From the NCBI GenBank assembly GCA_001724265.1, contig MEDY01000161.1:1-64000 (forward strand): DNA of 64,000 bases, in the 5' to 3' direction. Shown here piece by piece: positions 51,117 to 62,819 of the stretch (position 1 is its first letter; every line of letters begins with the position of its first letter). This DNA is from Rhizaria sp. SCN 62-66. Lineage: Eukaryota. Position numbers and translations under genes: made by a program. The notes under the pieces are model-generated. The model searched no databases and was not told where the DNA came from. It worked only from the letters and a program-made list of their open reading frames with translations.

Positions 51117-51789
51117 GATGAGCGCGCGCGCGGCACAAGGCTCGGCTGCTGCGAAAAGGCGAAAAAGACAGCGACAGTCAAGAACAGTGTCTAGTGTGTG
51201 TCACAAAGGCGCTCTAGGAGCGGAGTGGTTTGTTGAGGGAAGCCGAGGCGATGCCGAGATAGAGCAGGAGAGGAAGCTTTCGAGGTGAGCTGTGAGTCAG
51301 CGAGAGGCATCTGGCAGAAGACTGAAGATGACATCGGGAGTATTAATAATTAATTCAAGCAGAAACAAACGTATAAACAAACATGCAATTAGGTTCATAT
51401 GCATGCACGACGGATATCTGACGGATTAACTCCAATCGCGAAAGTCCGCTTGTTTGTCCGAGTTCGGCGGAGTCCCGGTCCGTCCACCACCGACCGATGG
51501 TCGGCCAGTCAAGCAAACCAACCACAAACGGTCACTGGCGCCAGCCAAACGCTCCGGTGACGACACAGATCAACAGATATTATAGCAGAACAAGATGTAG
51601 GGATATACAAAAGAGGAATTCATACGTTACGCATCCAGGGAGTTCGAGAGAGCGTTATATAGATGTGTATTTGCGGGGGGAAGCGACCGGCCCGAGACCT
51701 CGATGGGAGACGAGAGAGATATTAACTTAGCGTGCGGCGACGCACAGCTGCGAGATATGAATCAACGACTAGTGTGGCGCGATACGTGC

Positions 51790-52352
51790 TCACAGACGCT
51801 TGATAGTATTGCTGGTCTTGCGACTGAGCGAGAGGATTGAGTTGACCAGCGAGCGGCGGCGGGAGCGCTTGACGACGACCTGTGTGGGAGCAAAGCCATG
51901 GGTCGAAACAAGAGAAAAGAAGGGTTCGTTGGAGGGGAAGAGGGGGATTAGAATGGCTTTAATAAGGCACATGGATAAAACTAGATGTGAACTACATCTG
52001 GAATGCTATGTAATGCGCGGTGGTGTGGAACGTACGTCGCTCTTGGGGCGGAGAAGTTGGCAGTACTGGAGCATGCGCATCTCGCGCTGGGGGTGGGAAT
52101 AGATCGGTCAGATAAGAAGAAGAACGAGACGGGTGAGCGTACAGGTGAAAATATGGGTAGATACGAGTAAAGCCTAGCATATGCAGTTATTCACATTTTT
52201 AAAGAACGTACCATGCACTTCCTATCGTCGTCGCCGTTCGCGCCCATGCAGCGGAAGAAGTTGGCAGCCTCGCCTTCGCACTGCGGGGTAGCCTCGACCG
52301 GGCCGAGCATTTTAATAATATCCTTACGGTTAACCTGGTAGCCGCTAGACAT
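51790..52352 (-). CDS. Twin CX9C (CHCH) small protein, possibly mitoribosomal mS37/CHCHD1; exons 52352-52212, 52086-52036, 51879-51790; 93 aa
   Basis: The spliced product contains CEGEAANFFRC and CMREMRMLQYC (two CX9C motifs, the second spanning an intron) and a basic C-terminus. Two phase-0 GTACGT..CAG introns. Confidence 0.8.
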
Positions 52353-52876
52353 GTGCGTTATTACAGCGTCCTCCAACGGGATTAAGACCTTCAAAACAAG
52401 GCAAACCTGACCTCGCTCCGTGAAGTAAAACGTTCAGCGACGAACAAAAACGCCACCATTTTCACGAACCTCGCCACCACCCGACAATTTTCACGAACCG
52501 CAGTCCTCCGTTCGTTCGTTGCTGGTTCGCAGAAGACCATCCGACCGATGTGGAATCAGAAATTTATCTCGTAGCACGGATTGCCAACGTCAACTGCGTC
52601 TGCTGAGCCAACACGGGCTTCATGTATTTCTTGTGTACTGTACACATAACATAGATGTCAATGTCCCCGCATAGCTGACTCATTATCCACATCTTTGGTT
52701 CGCTGCTCAAACGACCTGCTTCTCCCCTCCCTTGACTTCTTCAGCCGTCCCCCGCGGGACTCCTTCTTCTTTTCTAGATTGGTTACGTCCTGATTTCGGT
52801 CGCTCACACACCGGAGTTTCTTAAAAAGCTTCTTTCCGACTCTCTGGGGCGCTGCCCCCGCCGCTCCAGCCTCACA

Positions 52877-55800
52877 ATGTTCCCAGCACAGGAAGCGGCA
52901 AGCGCAGCCTCCCTTGCCCCCGTTGCTGCTGTGAACCCTCACAAGCTCCGCACGCCCCCCGCAGTTCTGCCGCCGCTCCATAAGCCCCCTGGCGCGCTCA
53001 ATGATGCATTTGCGCTCTCTCACGCCTTCTGTGGCAAAGATACAGCGCATGCAGTCGCTTCCGGCGCAGCGGTGTCCGGTGCTGACAAACCTCCGACCTC
53101 TGACTCAACTGCGTCTCACCAGCCCGCGCCCGCTTCATGTGGTTCTGCGCCTGCGTCCAACACTCGCCCCTACGGCCCTGAAGATGCCCCCCGCGTTTCT
53201 GCTTCTGTGTCACCCTCACAACCTTCTTCAGTCCCCGCTTCCGCTTCTGCTGCTTCTGCCGATGCTGCTTCTCCCTACGCTTCCGGCTCAGCCTCAGCCT
53301 CAATCTCAACCTCAGCCTCAACCTCAACCTCAACCGCAGCCGCTGGCTCTGGCTCTGGCTTTTTAGGCGCTGACTCTGGCTTGATAGGCCCTGTTAGGCT
53401 GCAGCAGCATTCACTCGCTGCAATGGCCGACGCCGCCACCGCTGCTGCAATGGCTGTCGCAACCGCGACCGCCCCCGAAGCCTCCGCGTCCGCCACTCTC
53501 TCTGCTCTGGCCGGCAACTGGCACGACGCAGCGCTCCCCCGCTGGTACTCTGAACAGCTGCACACTGCACTGCGGCACTCGGCGCCCGCTGCCGCTGTAT
53601 TGCAGTTCGACTCACTCAAAGCCTATGAACGGGAGCTCCGTGCAGAAGCCGCACTCGCACGCGCGCAAAAGCAGCAAGAACATGTGCCTTCGAGCCGGGA
53701 ACGCGTGCCTTCTGCGCGGGAACACGTGGCCTCCGAAAGGGAACACATGGCGACAGAGCGTGCACGCGCAGCAGCAGCACGGTCACAAGCGGCTTCTGCG
53801 CGTTTACAAGCTGCAACAGCCCGCACAGACGCCACAGCGTTGGCCTCCACAGCGGTGGCTTCCACAGCTTCAGCGTCAACAACAACTGCGGCGACAGGGA
53901 GCTCAGCTTTGAGTGTTCAAGAGCAGCGGTTGCATGCGGCTGTCGCTGGTATCGGCGCTTTAACGAGCACTGGCGCGGTCACCGAAGCTTTGGGTCCGCT
54001 GCTGGCGCATACGTTACTCCAAGGCGCGTTACAAGAACATGCAACTGCACACATGTTTAACAACAATATGGTCAATAGCAATCTCACGACTGACACTACC
54101 GCGGTGGCAGCGACGCAGACTGCGACTGATACCGCAGTCACCGGGCCTTCGTCCTCCTCCGCCGCTGCGTCTGACTCGTCCGCAACAGCGTCTCTGTTAG
54201 CAGGCCGGCACTTGCAGCCGTTACTCACCGCTGCTGCCGCCGAGGTCGCTTCCGCTGCTCTGTCGCCGCCCCGCGCCCGCGCTCTGTCTCCGCAGCCGCC
54301 GCCCGCAGTCGCCGCCGCCGAGGCTGACGCTGCGCTTGAGCGCGGCTTAGCTTTAGCGCTCGCAGTGCCGTGTCCGCGCCCGCTGTCGCCGCCTGTGTTT
54401 GGCGTTCCGGTGACGTCCCGCGTTGTCAGTAACGGCTATAACCACGGTCTGGGCTATACCAACACCACGACCGCGACCCCGACTCTGACTGCGGGCTCTT
54501 TCGCAGCGTCACAGCAACCGAAAGCTGTTCGGGCGGGGAGTCCCTTAGGTACCATGGGTTCCAGCCACATGTCCCCGCAGCCGCCGTTGTCACGCGCTAT
54601 TTCGCCGGCTCAACGTGCATCGCCGCTGTCTATGCTGCGGTCGGTGTCACCGGCGACGTCCACTGCGCCTGCGCTATCTCCGTCACACTCGCTCACGGCA
54701 TCTCTTGCCTCTGGTTCTGGCTCTAGCTCAAGCTCCATTGTTTCAGCATCACAGTCACTGGTGCAGTCGCAGTCTGGACACAGTTACAACAATAACAACA
54801 ACAACAATATCATGCAACAGCAGAAGACTGAGTTGGAGCAAGTTGTTTCCCGCGCAAGTTCTCCCGGTCTCGAGGCCGCTTTGCAGCGGCAAAAACTTAC
54901 TATCAACGAACAGCAAGCGCGTTTGCAAGCGAAACAGCCGGCGTTTTCGCCGTCTGCGTTGCCGCCGCGGACAGTGCCTATCGTGCGCCGCTCTATCGCT
55001 CGTCACAACAGCTTCAACTCGAGCAATAACACCAACAATATCAGTAACAATGCTGCAACAACAACGCCCGAGATGACTGCAAGTACCACTGGCCGCAGCT
55101 CTAACAGCCCTACAAGTGAGACTCGTGGTTCTCTCATGCCATCATCGTCGTTGCGCGTTCGAATTGACAACGATCAGAGTAACAAGAGTGACCACCGCGA
55201 GCAGCAGCAGAGTGACTGTGAGCAGCAGACACGTGGCCGTGAGCAGGCCAGTGACCGTGAGCGCGTTGCTATCAGTCCCACTGCAAGCATGAACGCGGAC
55301 TCGGATATTGACACCGCAGCCACCCAAGCAACCAAGTCACATTCGCAATCACAAGCACAGTCTCCGTCGGCCGCCTCCACTGCCGCCTCTGCTCCCGCCT
55401 CTGCGACCACGAGCTCCATTGCGACTACCGGCGCTGCTTTGACTGGCGCTGCGACTTTGACGGGCGCACCTCGCCGTATCATCGGTCCGCGCGTCGTTTT
55501 CGGCGCTGTCGTCCGCTCGCCTTCCAACGCCACTGCCTCTATCAATAGCTTCAGCACCGGCAATGGTGGTTCTAGCGGTAGCTTTGGTCCGCGCGCGCGT
55601 TCCCCCGCCTCGCTCCATATTACGACTGACACTGCGCCGCCACTCGGCGCCGACTCTGTCATCGAGCCTGTCCTTATCGCCGCGTCGCCGGTCCAGCCAG
55701 CGCCGCGGCTAGTGCCAGCGCCTGCCGCGGTGGCGATGCGGTTCGGTGACCGGCGGCCGAGGCTTGCGCCCGCTGCTGCTGCTGCCGCCGCGAGGGCTCA

Positions 55801-57781
55801 TGCGGCTCACGAGGAGTTGCTATGGGGCAGGGCCTGGGGGCAACTCTCCGCGAACGCACGCTCGAGTACTAATGCGACGAGTTCGACTGTCGATACGACT
55901 ACCGCACAGTCCCAGTCGCAACAGCAGCCAATGGCAGCGGTTCCTGGTTTAGCCGCGCAAGGCTTAGCCGCGCACTCGAGAGTCGCCCACTCAGTCGCAT
56001 CGAGGCCGTTGGCACCGCTCATCTTAGACTGTACCGACAACAACGACTGCGACAACGGCGGTGAACCACTGTGGAACGCGGCCGCTGTGCCAGCGCTAGT
56101 GGACCCCACTGTCGCAACGTACCTACGTGAGCACGCAAAGCCACCGTCACCGTATGGACCCACAACTGCAGCGAACTCTGACAAGTCCGAAACTGCGACC
56201 AAGGCGTTGACACTGTCGCCGGCGACGCATCAAGCTGGCGAAGTCCGGCGTAACAGCAACTACGAGGCCGCGCTCGTCCAAACAATGGCGCTCAACTTGG
56301 CGCAAATCCAGCAAAATATTATCTTGCTCGCCGCTATGCAACCCAAACGCGGAAGCAACAGTCATGATGGTGGAAACAACGGTGACGGTGGTGGCTATAG
56401 CGAGCGTGAGTGCGAAGGCGCCGCTTTGCAAGTGTCCACACAAGTGCGAGACTTCATGACCGCCCTCGGCCTCACCCCACACGCACCCGCGTTAGCCACG
56501 TTGCAACCGTCTGCTTTAGAGTCTCTTGTGCGCGCTCAGTTGGGACTCGCTGATGATTGCTACACTCGCGCGCTGCAGTCCGGCGCTGCCCCCGAGCGCG
56601 CACAAGAAGCTGCAACTGCATTAGGCGCGCCTGTGTTTGCACTGCGCCACGCGAAACCCGTGTCTGTGGGCCCGGTGGCTGCGGCGGAGGCTGCGTTGCG
56701 GGGTGCCGCTCAGGCTGAGGCTGCGGAAGCTGCAGCGGCCGCGCTCCTTGAGATTGGCCCTGCTGTCACAACAGCAGCAACATCCGCAGCTGGCCTATTC
56801 ACGATGCCAATGAGGCCAGACTCGGCGTCATCGACGGTGGCAACAACGGCGGCGTCTATGTCGGTAGCAGCGGACGGCAGTGTGCCAGTTTGGTTCCATG
56901 ACAACGATGGCCGTGGCAGCGGCGGCGGCAGTGGCGCTGACGCTGGTAGTGAGAGTGGCGCACTCTCAGCCGGTCTCGCGCCTCCTTCCATTGCCATTGG
57001 AACAACTGCGACGCACGCGCGCTCGCTGTCGCAGTCCCTGGCGCGCTCTCAAGCGCACTCGCGCTTACACGTTCCCGTTGGCATAGAGTTGGCGTCGTCA
57101 ACACGTGCTGTTTCACGCGCTGACTCACGTGCTGATTCCTCACACGCGGACTCTGATCATGAAAACAACTGCAACAGCAGCAGTAGTAGCAGCAGCTGTA
57201 ACAGCAATATTGCTGCTGTTGCTTGCTCCACAGCTGCAACTGGACCTGGTTATGCTTACTCTGAGCAAAATGGCGACACTGCAGCGATCAAGACTTCCGG
57301 AGCGGCAGTGTACAACGCACACGGCTCTGCTCAAGGATCTGCTTTATACAATGCACTTGGGTTGGCTCAGGGCTCAGCGTTACCTGGTACACAGGGCGCT
57401 GCACAAAGCTCGTCGATGTATGGCTCCCAGATTGCGTTCCCGCCGACGAAGACTTCTGTGCCAGTGCTGGAGTCAGACTTGACCGCAAACGCCAGCAGCC
57501 ACGCTATCGGAGTGAAGGTTCCTGTCACCATTCACGCACAGCCTGTGCCTGCGCCTACGACTGCGACAACGAGTGCGCTTTCCCCCACCTCTGTCAACCC
57601 TAGCACTGCTGCTGCTGCTGTTGCTGCGCCTGTGCCAGCGCTGGCTGGCGGTTTGCTCGCAGGCCTGTTGCCGCAGCTTCGTGTTTCGGCTCTCAACAAT
57701 ATGAGCGGCAATGCGCGGCCTGTGACGACAGTAACTACGCCTGCCACTGTCATCGCCATGGCGACTTTGACTCCACAGTAA
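52877..57781 (+). CDS. Hypothetical 1634-aa Ala/Ser-rich, largely disordered protein
   Basis: 4.9-kb uninterrupted ORF, ATG to TAA. Short internal repeats (EHVPSSR/ERVPSAR/EHVASER/EHMATER at ~53678-53761). No recognisable domain. Confidence 0.75.
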   Translation: MFPAQEAASAASLAPVAAVNPHKLRTPPAVLPPLHKPPGALNDAFALSHAFCGKDTAHAVASGAAVSGADKPPTSDSTASHQPAPASCGSAPASNTRPYGPEDAPRVSASVSPSQPSSVPASASAASADAASPYASGSASASISTSASTSTSTAAAGSGSGFLGADSGLIGPVRLQQHSLAAMADAATAAAMAVATATAPEASASATLSALAGNWHDAALPRWYSEQLHTALRHSAPAAAVLQFDSLKAYERELRAEAALARAQKQQEHVPSSRERVPSAREHVASEREHMATERARAAAARSQAASARLQAATARTDATALASTAVASTASASTTTAATGSSALSVQEQRLHAAVAGIGALTSTGAVTEALGPLLAHTLLQGALQEHATAHMFNNNMVNSNLTTDTTAVAATQTATDTAVTGPSSSSAAASDSSATASLLAGRHLQPLLTAAAAEVASAALSPPRARALSPQPPPAVAAAEADAALERGLALALAVPCPRPLSPPVFGVPVTSRVVSNGYNHGLGYTNTTTATPTLTAGSFAASQQPKAVRAGSPLGTMGSSHMSPQPPLSRAISPAQRASPLSMLRSVSPATSTAPALSPSHSLTASLASGSGSSSSSIVSASQSLVQSQSGHSYNNNNNNNIMQQQKTELEQVVSRASSPGLEAALQRQKLTINEQQARLQAKQPAFSPSALPPRTVPIVRRSIARHNSFNSSNNTNNISNNAATTTPEMTASTTGRSSNSPTSETRGSLMPSSSLRVRIDNDQSNKSDHREQQQSDCEQQTRGREQASDRERVAISPTASMNADSDIDTAATQATKSHSQSQAQSPSAASTAASAPASATTSSIATTGAALTGAATLTGAPRRIIGPRVVFGAVVRSPSNATASINSFSTGNGGSSGSFGPRARSPASLHITTDTAPPLGADSVIEPVLIAASPVQPAPRLVPAPAAVAMRFGDRRPRLAPAAAAAAARAHAAHEELLWGRAWGQLSANARSSTNATSSTVDTTTAQSQSQQQPMAAVPGLAAQGLAAHSRVAHSVASRPLAPLILDCTDNNDCDNGGEPLWNAAAVPALVDPTVATYLREHAKPPSPYGPTTAANSDKSETATKALTLSPATHQAGEVRRNSNYEAALVQTMALNLAQIQQNIILLAAMQPKRGSNSHDGGNNGDGGGYSERECEGAALQVSTQVRDFMTALGLTPHAPALATLQPSALESLVRAQLGLADDCYTRALQSGAAPERAQEAATALGAPVFALRHAKPVSVGPVAAAEAALRGAAQAEAAEAAAAALLEIGPAVTTAATSAAGLFTMPMRPDSASSTVATTAASMSVAADGSVPVWFHDNDGRGSGGGSGADAGSESGALSAGLAPPSIAIGTTATHARSLSQSLARSQAHSRLHVPVGIELASSTRAVSRADSRADSSHADSDHENNCNSSSSSSSCNSNIAAVACSTAATGPGYAYSEQNGDTAAIKTSGAAVYNAHGSAQGSALYNALGLAQGSALPGTQGAAQSSSMYGSQIAFPPTKTSVPVLESDLTANASSHAIGVKVPVTIHAQPVPAPTTATTSALSPTSVNPSTAAAAVAAPVPALAGGLLAGLLPQLRVSALNNMSGNARPVTTVTTPATVIAMATLTPQ

Positions 57782-58830
57782 CTGGCTTCGAAGCTGACCA
57801 CTGGTTGCTGAGCGATGCGCTGTTGCCGTTAGGTCGTCAAGTCGTCATATCGTGTTTCGGCTTTACGAACATAAATGTCAAATTTTCGATTTGTAGTTTA
57901 TTGTTAGTTGCATTCATTTTTGTTTGTATTTCGTGTTGTTTCTGTTGGGCGACTCGTTTATGTTGTACAGTAAATTACATGGGTTTATTCTCACTTACCA
58001 GTGTCTGAGTTATATTTTTCTTAGCATGTCTGTCTCTAGTCTTTGCTTTTTGTTTCGACCAATATCATATGTCTACGGAGTTGTGCACGTAGTATTTTAT
58101 TATTTTTGTGATCCTGTCTGTATCTCCTCCTGTCTGTAACTCCTCCTTCTGTTCCAACTGTCGTTGCATATCCCAATTTTATTTGAGCGACTGCCGTGCT
58201 GTTCGTTTCATGAACGTTTGAATATTTTCGACCGTGTGTGTGTGTGTCGTAAAACAAAATTCTCTCCTGATTTCTATCTACCCTTGGGCAGGATACCCCA
58301 CGCCACCTGTGTATGCGACTGTTACTCTCGCTCTGGCTCTTCGAACTGTAGGCCAATAGACTGTCTCAGATTCAGCGTCCGTTCGTTGAACAAATGTTGT
58401 TTTTTGTCCCTTTCAACCTCCAGAATTCGTTTTGTTTTCCCCTCAATTACAAACCACTTTAGTGCTTCGTTGTCCTTCAATCACCTCTTTTTAATTTTTC
58501 CAAGCCATCATCTCACCCTTGGAGATTTCCCGTTCGTTTAAGTTACAGCTGTGCAATTTCTGTCGCGTCTCACGCATCTGTGCCCCCCGTTTGCCCGCGA
58601 GCTTTCCGCGAGTACTGCTCACACTGCGTCCTTTTACAACCTTGACCGATACATTTGTACACTGTACATGTAATGTTAACAAGTTCGGCGACCAATTTGA
58701 CTGGGCTCACTCATAAACAAGATCCTAGTTGTTCTTCATCTTCCTACCGAATCCAATCCGACTTCGCAAGATTACTTTACTTGGTGCACTCGTCTTGAAA
58801 CTGTTCATTCAAATGTAATTATGTTCACTT

Positions 58831-59345
58831 TTGCGTGTGATTTCTTGTCAAAATTTGATCGCCATTTCTAAGTACGCGCGCTTCGAGCCCTTTGTCATTG
58901 AAGGACGCCTCAACTCCGAGAGTTTCCAAGAATTGCTCACGGAGAGCCTGCTGCCGAGTATCCGCGACGATCAGATCCTCCAGCAAGACAACGCGCCGGT
59001 CCACGTGTCTCGTTCTACCCTCGAGTTTCTTGCTCGGAACGACGTTCCTCTGCTCGAGGACTGGCCGGCGCAGTCTCCTGGTCTGAATCCGATTGAGCAT
59101 GCCTGGGCTCAAGCGCAGAAGCTCGTTGCTGAGCGCAACCTTGCTAACGCAACAGAGCTCAAGGTCGCTATTCTGGACGTCCTTCGCACGCTCCCCCAGG
59201 AAAACATCAACAGGCTCATCGACAGCGTGCCAAACAGGCTGCAAAAAGCTATCGAAAAGCAAGGTCGTTTCCTCAGTTAAGCGCATTATTATTATATTAT
59301 AAGCTATCTATGGATTTAAAATGTTGACCGCGGGGCCACAAACTG
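58831..59345 (+). mobile_element. 5'-truncated IS630/Tc1/mariner transposon (DDE_3 transposase C-terminal half) with probable right end
   Basis: ILQQDNAPVH...WPAQSPGLNPIEHAW...LIDSVPNRL. Downstream ...GGGGCCACAAACTG|TA resembles a Tc1 end (reverse complement TA-CAGT). No left end or first catalytic Asp found. Confidence 0.85.
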
Positions 59346-60624
59346 TAGGAACGCTTACAGTTTATTGCTCTTACGCGCCGCGTTAGTGTCGTTGCGGTTT
59401 CTGTTTTTTGCAAAAACTTCATATATCATGTCTATTTTCTACCAAATTTACTGCTCAATGTTATTTTTTGCGTATCTGAAATATGATGATCTTGATCTAT
59501 GTTGATTTCTGATATCTGCGGTTCATAAAGTTTTCGTGGTGAGAATTAAACCCAAGACATTGGAAGTCGAGGTGTTCTCAAATCAAGATCTCTGTCATAT
59601 CGCAAATATGATACATGTATTTATACTTTTTTATTTAGTTTAGCCTTGTTGTAATCGATTATAGTTCAAATGAGACCTCGATATGGAATCATGACGAGTG
59701 ACCATGACGCTCAGTTAAGTGCGGGTGTGATGAACAAAGATGAATTCAGTGAAAGTCCTACAGCAACATTTCCAACGCAAACCGACACATTGAATGTTCA
59801 CTTCATTGTTAGTCTCGTTCTCTTCGTGTATCACAGAGTCAGGAAGTAGATCGCCTTCTCACCACAAGCGCGTTTTCCATCACGCAAGTCAATAATCGGA
59901 GGTTCGACAAGTAATCTTGCAGGGTATCAAATTTATTTTGTAGTTTTAACAATATATTAGTTGTTTAGGAGTAAATGTAGTATTGTATTTCTATGCGCCG
60001 ATGTAGCGACTATAAAGAGGTATGCTTACTGTTCTGCCTGGTGTTGAGTGACTCCTCGTGGCTGCACCGTGCAGTCGTTCAAGTCACATTAATCACTTTG
60101 TGTCAAATAAATAATGGTTGTTCGGTGTAAAAAGCTACATAAATTATGTTATCTGACAAGAGTACAACATTCACTGAGATATCTCTTGATGTTGCCTTCT
60201 ATTATTATGAACGACGTGAGCTTGACTCTTCGAGGATGGAGAGAGAAGATATCATAATATAGTTGGTGCCTACAGTCATAAAACAGACATATTATATATT
60301 TAAGCAGATGTACTAGTCAAGTTATTGTGTTTTACATCTTTTGCGTCCTGTTTGTAAGACATCATTGGTGCTTACATCAAGCTACGATGAGCGAGGTTCA
60401 AATGAACGAAGCGACTGTTTTTATTGTATAAAAAGATACCTCTGGCAATGCGATTCAAATATCGCATTAAAATTGCAAAAATATACTTTGTAGTACTATT
60501 CAAAAAAGTAGAACTCAGGAGTGTATCATAGAACACGTGAAAGTACTATATGTGTCAAAAATGTTTTTATATATTAAATTTGCGCCGAACGTCACCAGCA
60601 AGCTTCAGAATCCTGAAGCAGCTT

Positions 60625-60696
60625 GGGGTCTTGGTGTATCGGTATCATACCTCTTTCGGGTAGAGGTGGTAGCGGGTTCAATTCCCGCAGACCCCC
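60625..60696 (+). tRNA. tRNA-Pro (anticodon CGG)
   Basis: Cloverleaf GGGGTCT/AGACCCC, anticodon arm CCTCT-TTCGGGT-AGAGG, T arm GCGGG-TTCAATT-CCCGC, C73, followed by oligo-T. Confidence 0.95.
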
Positions 60697-61416
60697 TTTT
60701 TTTTTCTCCATGCACGCCTCCAGCGTCGCACAGGGATCTTTTTTGTGCAGTCTTAGAGAACCTCTATTCTGTTCCGGTCTTTATTTTTGCTCAAATACAA
60801 GACAGAGGCTTGCCAACAGCACTCTGTGCTATTTGGTACTGTAACATCGACCAACGATCAAACAGCGACGATTGAAAGTCCACGATCACGTGTAATCATC
60901 GCAGAAGCGAGTTTAAGGCAGCAGAAAATACGGGGCGTTACTTGAAGTCGTGGGGTCAAGTTGAATAAAACCAGTTGCTAATGATATTTATTTATGCACA
61001 TTAACACAAATAAATTCAAGTTCTTGTTTGAGATTCGGTTTGATTGTGACAGTGGTCACATCGAGTGCTGCAGATGAATCCTACACATCATCACTGTCAC
61101 TGCCGCTGCCACAACTGTCTCAGATGATATTATTGACTTGCAGCTGTCATAGCAGTGCTACTTAATTTCCACTATGGCATGACGAGGATATACTACAGTA
61201 GTATTAATATATAGAGCGAGAATAACTTTTACTTCGAACCCATCATGGAAAAAACACTCAAAGGAAATTTGGATGATTTGTTTTTATTAATACTCGTATC
61301 AGTGTTGGCGCGCACGTGATGAGATGGGCAAAAATAGTTATGGATGAGCAGCGGATGGACCCGGCGCAAAAAAGTGTTTCTAGCAGCGCCCAGGGCGCAA
61401 GAAATGAAAAAAAAAA

Positions 61417-61488
61417 GGGGGTCTGCGGGAATTGAACCCGCTACCACCTCTACCCGAAAGAGGTATGATACCGATACACCAAGACCCC
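61417..61488 (-). tRNA. tRNA-Pro (anticodon CGG), identical inverted copy
   Basis: Exact reverse complement of 60625-60696, with an oligo-T terminator. Confidence 0.95.
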
Positions 61489-62033
61489 AAGCTGCTTCAG
61501 GATTCTCAAGCTTGCTGGTGACGATTAAGGCAAATTTAATATATAAATATTTATGCAACTTTTATTCAAACTTAAATTTTATATCATACATTGTCATTAT
61601 GTTTTTAATTTACCAATGTCATAATACACATCTGTAAAAATTATATGTCTGTTAAGTATTTTCTTTCAATCGACATTGGGTTTGTAAGGTGACTTAGATT
61701 CTGTTGGGCACAGGAAAGAAAATAAAGACACGACGAGGGGGCATTCGCAAGGGTCTCAGTTAATACAGAAAACCAGAAGGCAGAGCGACTAGAAGAAACA
61801 ATGAGACAAGCAATCTAAGTGAGAGGAAATCCACAAACAGTCTTTTTGATGAGTCAACGGGTGCAACAGGCAGCAGCCCGGCGCCAAGGCTGGCGACAGT
61901 TACGCTTGATACTGGAAGCGGCCGGCGTGGCGCTCGCAAAAGCAGGCTGCAGAGGAGCGACCTCGGAGCCGACAGTGGTAAAACAATCCAGAGCTAGCGT
62001 CAGCAGCCGCTCTCGCGTCGCGACCCCAGTCAT

Positions 62034-62210
62034 CGCGGCAGTGGGCAACATGCTGTACACATGCGCAGGCCGACTTTTCTTGTCGACACCGGAGGGGTTT
62101 GTATCCGGCAGGTTGCTCCTAGCCGGAGCAGCGGTAAGCGCAACCTGCCGGATCAACCCCCTCCGGTGTCGATAAGAAAAGTCGGCCTGCGCCTGTTGCC
62201 CACTGTCGCG
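62034..62210 (+). repeat. Long inverted repeat / fold-back hairpin
   Basis: 62063-62116 pairs with 62140-62192 (~53 bp, few mismatches). Outer stem 62034-62050 pairs with 62194-62210. Confidence 0.9.
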
Positions 62211-62819
62211 TTGGTGACGAAGACGATGACGAAGACGATGAAGACGGCGATGATGGTGGCAGTGGCGGCGACGACGGTGATGATGGAGACGAGGAGGACC
62301 ACGGCAACGGTGGCGACGACGATGAGGACAATGTGTGACATAATCACCACTGTGACGGTCGCTGTCAGTCAGTCGGTCCGTCATTTCAGATATAGAGTTT
62401 TGGTCAGCCCAATGATTGTTTAAACTTGCAAAGTATGATATACTCGAATTCGATGTCATATTTTGTATTGTGTTGAATAATTGGGTTATTAGAGAAGATA
62501 CGAGCCTAGATTGGAATGTTATTGTTTGTACATACCCTACATATACCCCTTTTTTATATTAATTATTAACTAATGTTACACGTGGGCACTGAATCATTAC
62601 CAAACTACAGCAAGGATAATTATAGTCGTAGCCAACAAACTAAGTAGTAAGACATGGACACACACACGGGGCGTATCAGTGGACAAAGAGGCTTTTAAAA
62701 CAAGCAGGGAAGCAAGCAAACTCCGCCCTAACACCCGCCTATTCAAGATAAGAACAGTTATACAGAAGGCGCTACATGTACATTTCGCGGCTCAGAGAGT
62801 GTGCAGGATTTCCATGTTC

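Noticed and set aside
60625-61488. tRNA pair as possible UAG suppressors
   Set aside because: The anticodon is CGG (Pro). The overlapping 109-112-aa ORFs are also spurious.
61854-62459. 201-aa His/Arg-rich ORF
   Set aside because: Product of triplet repeats and the inverted repeat, with several frames open on both strands.
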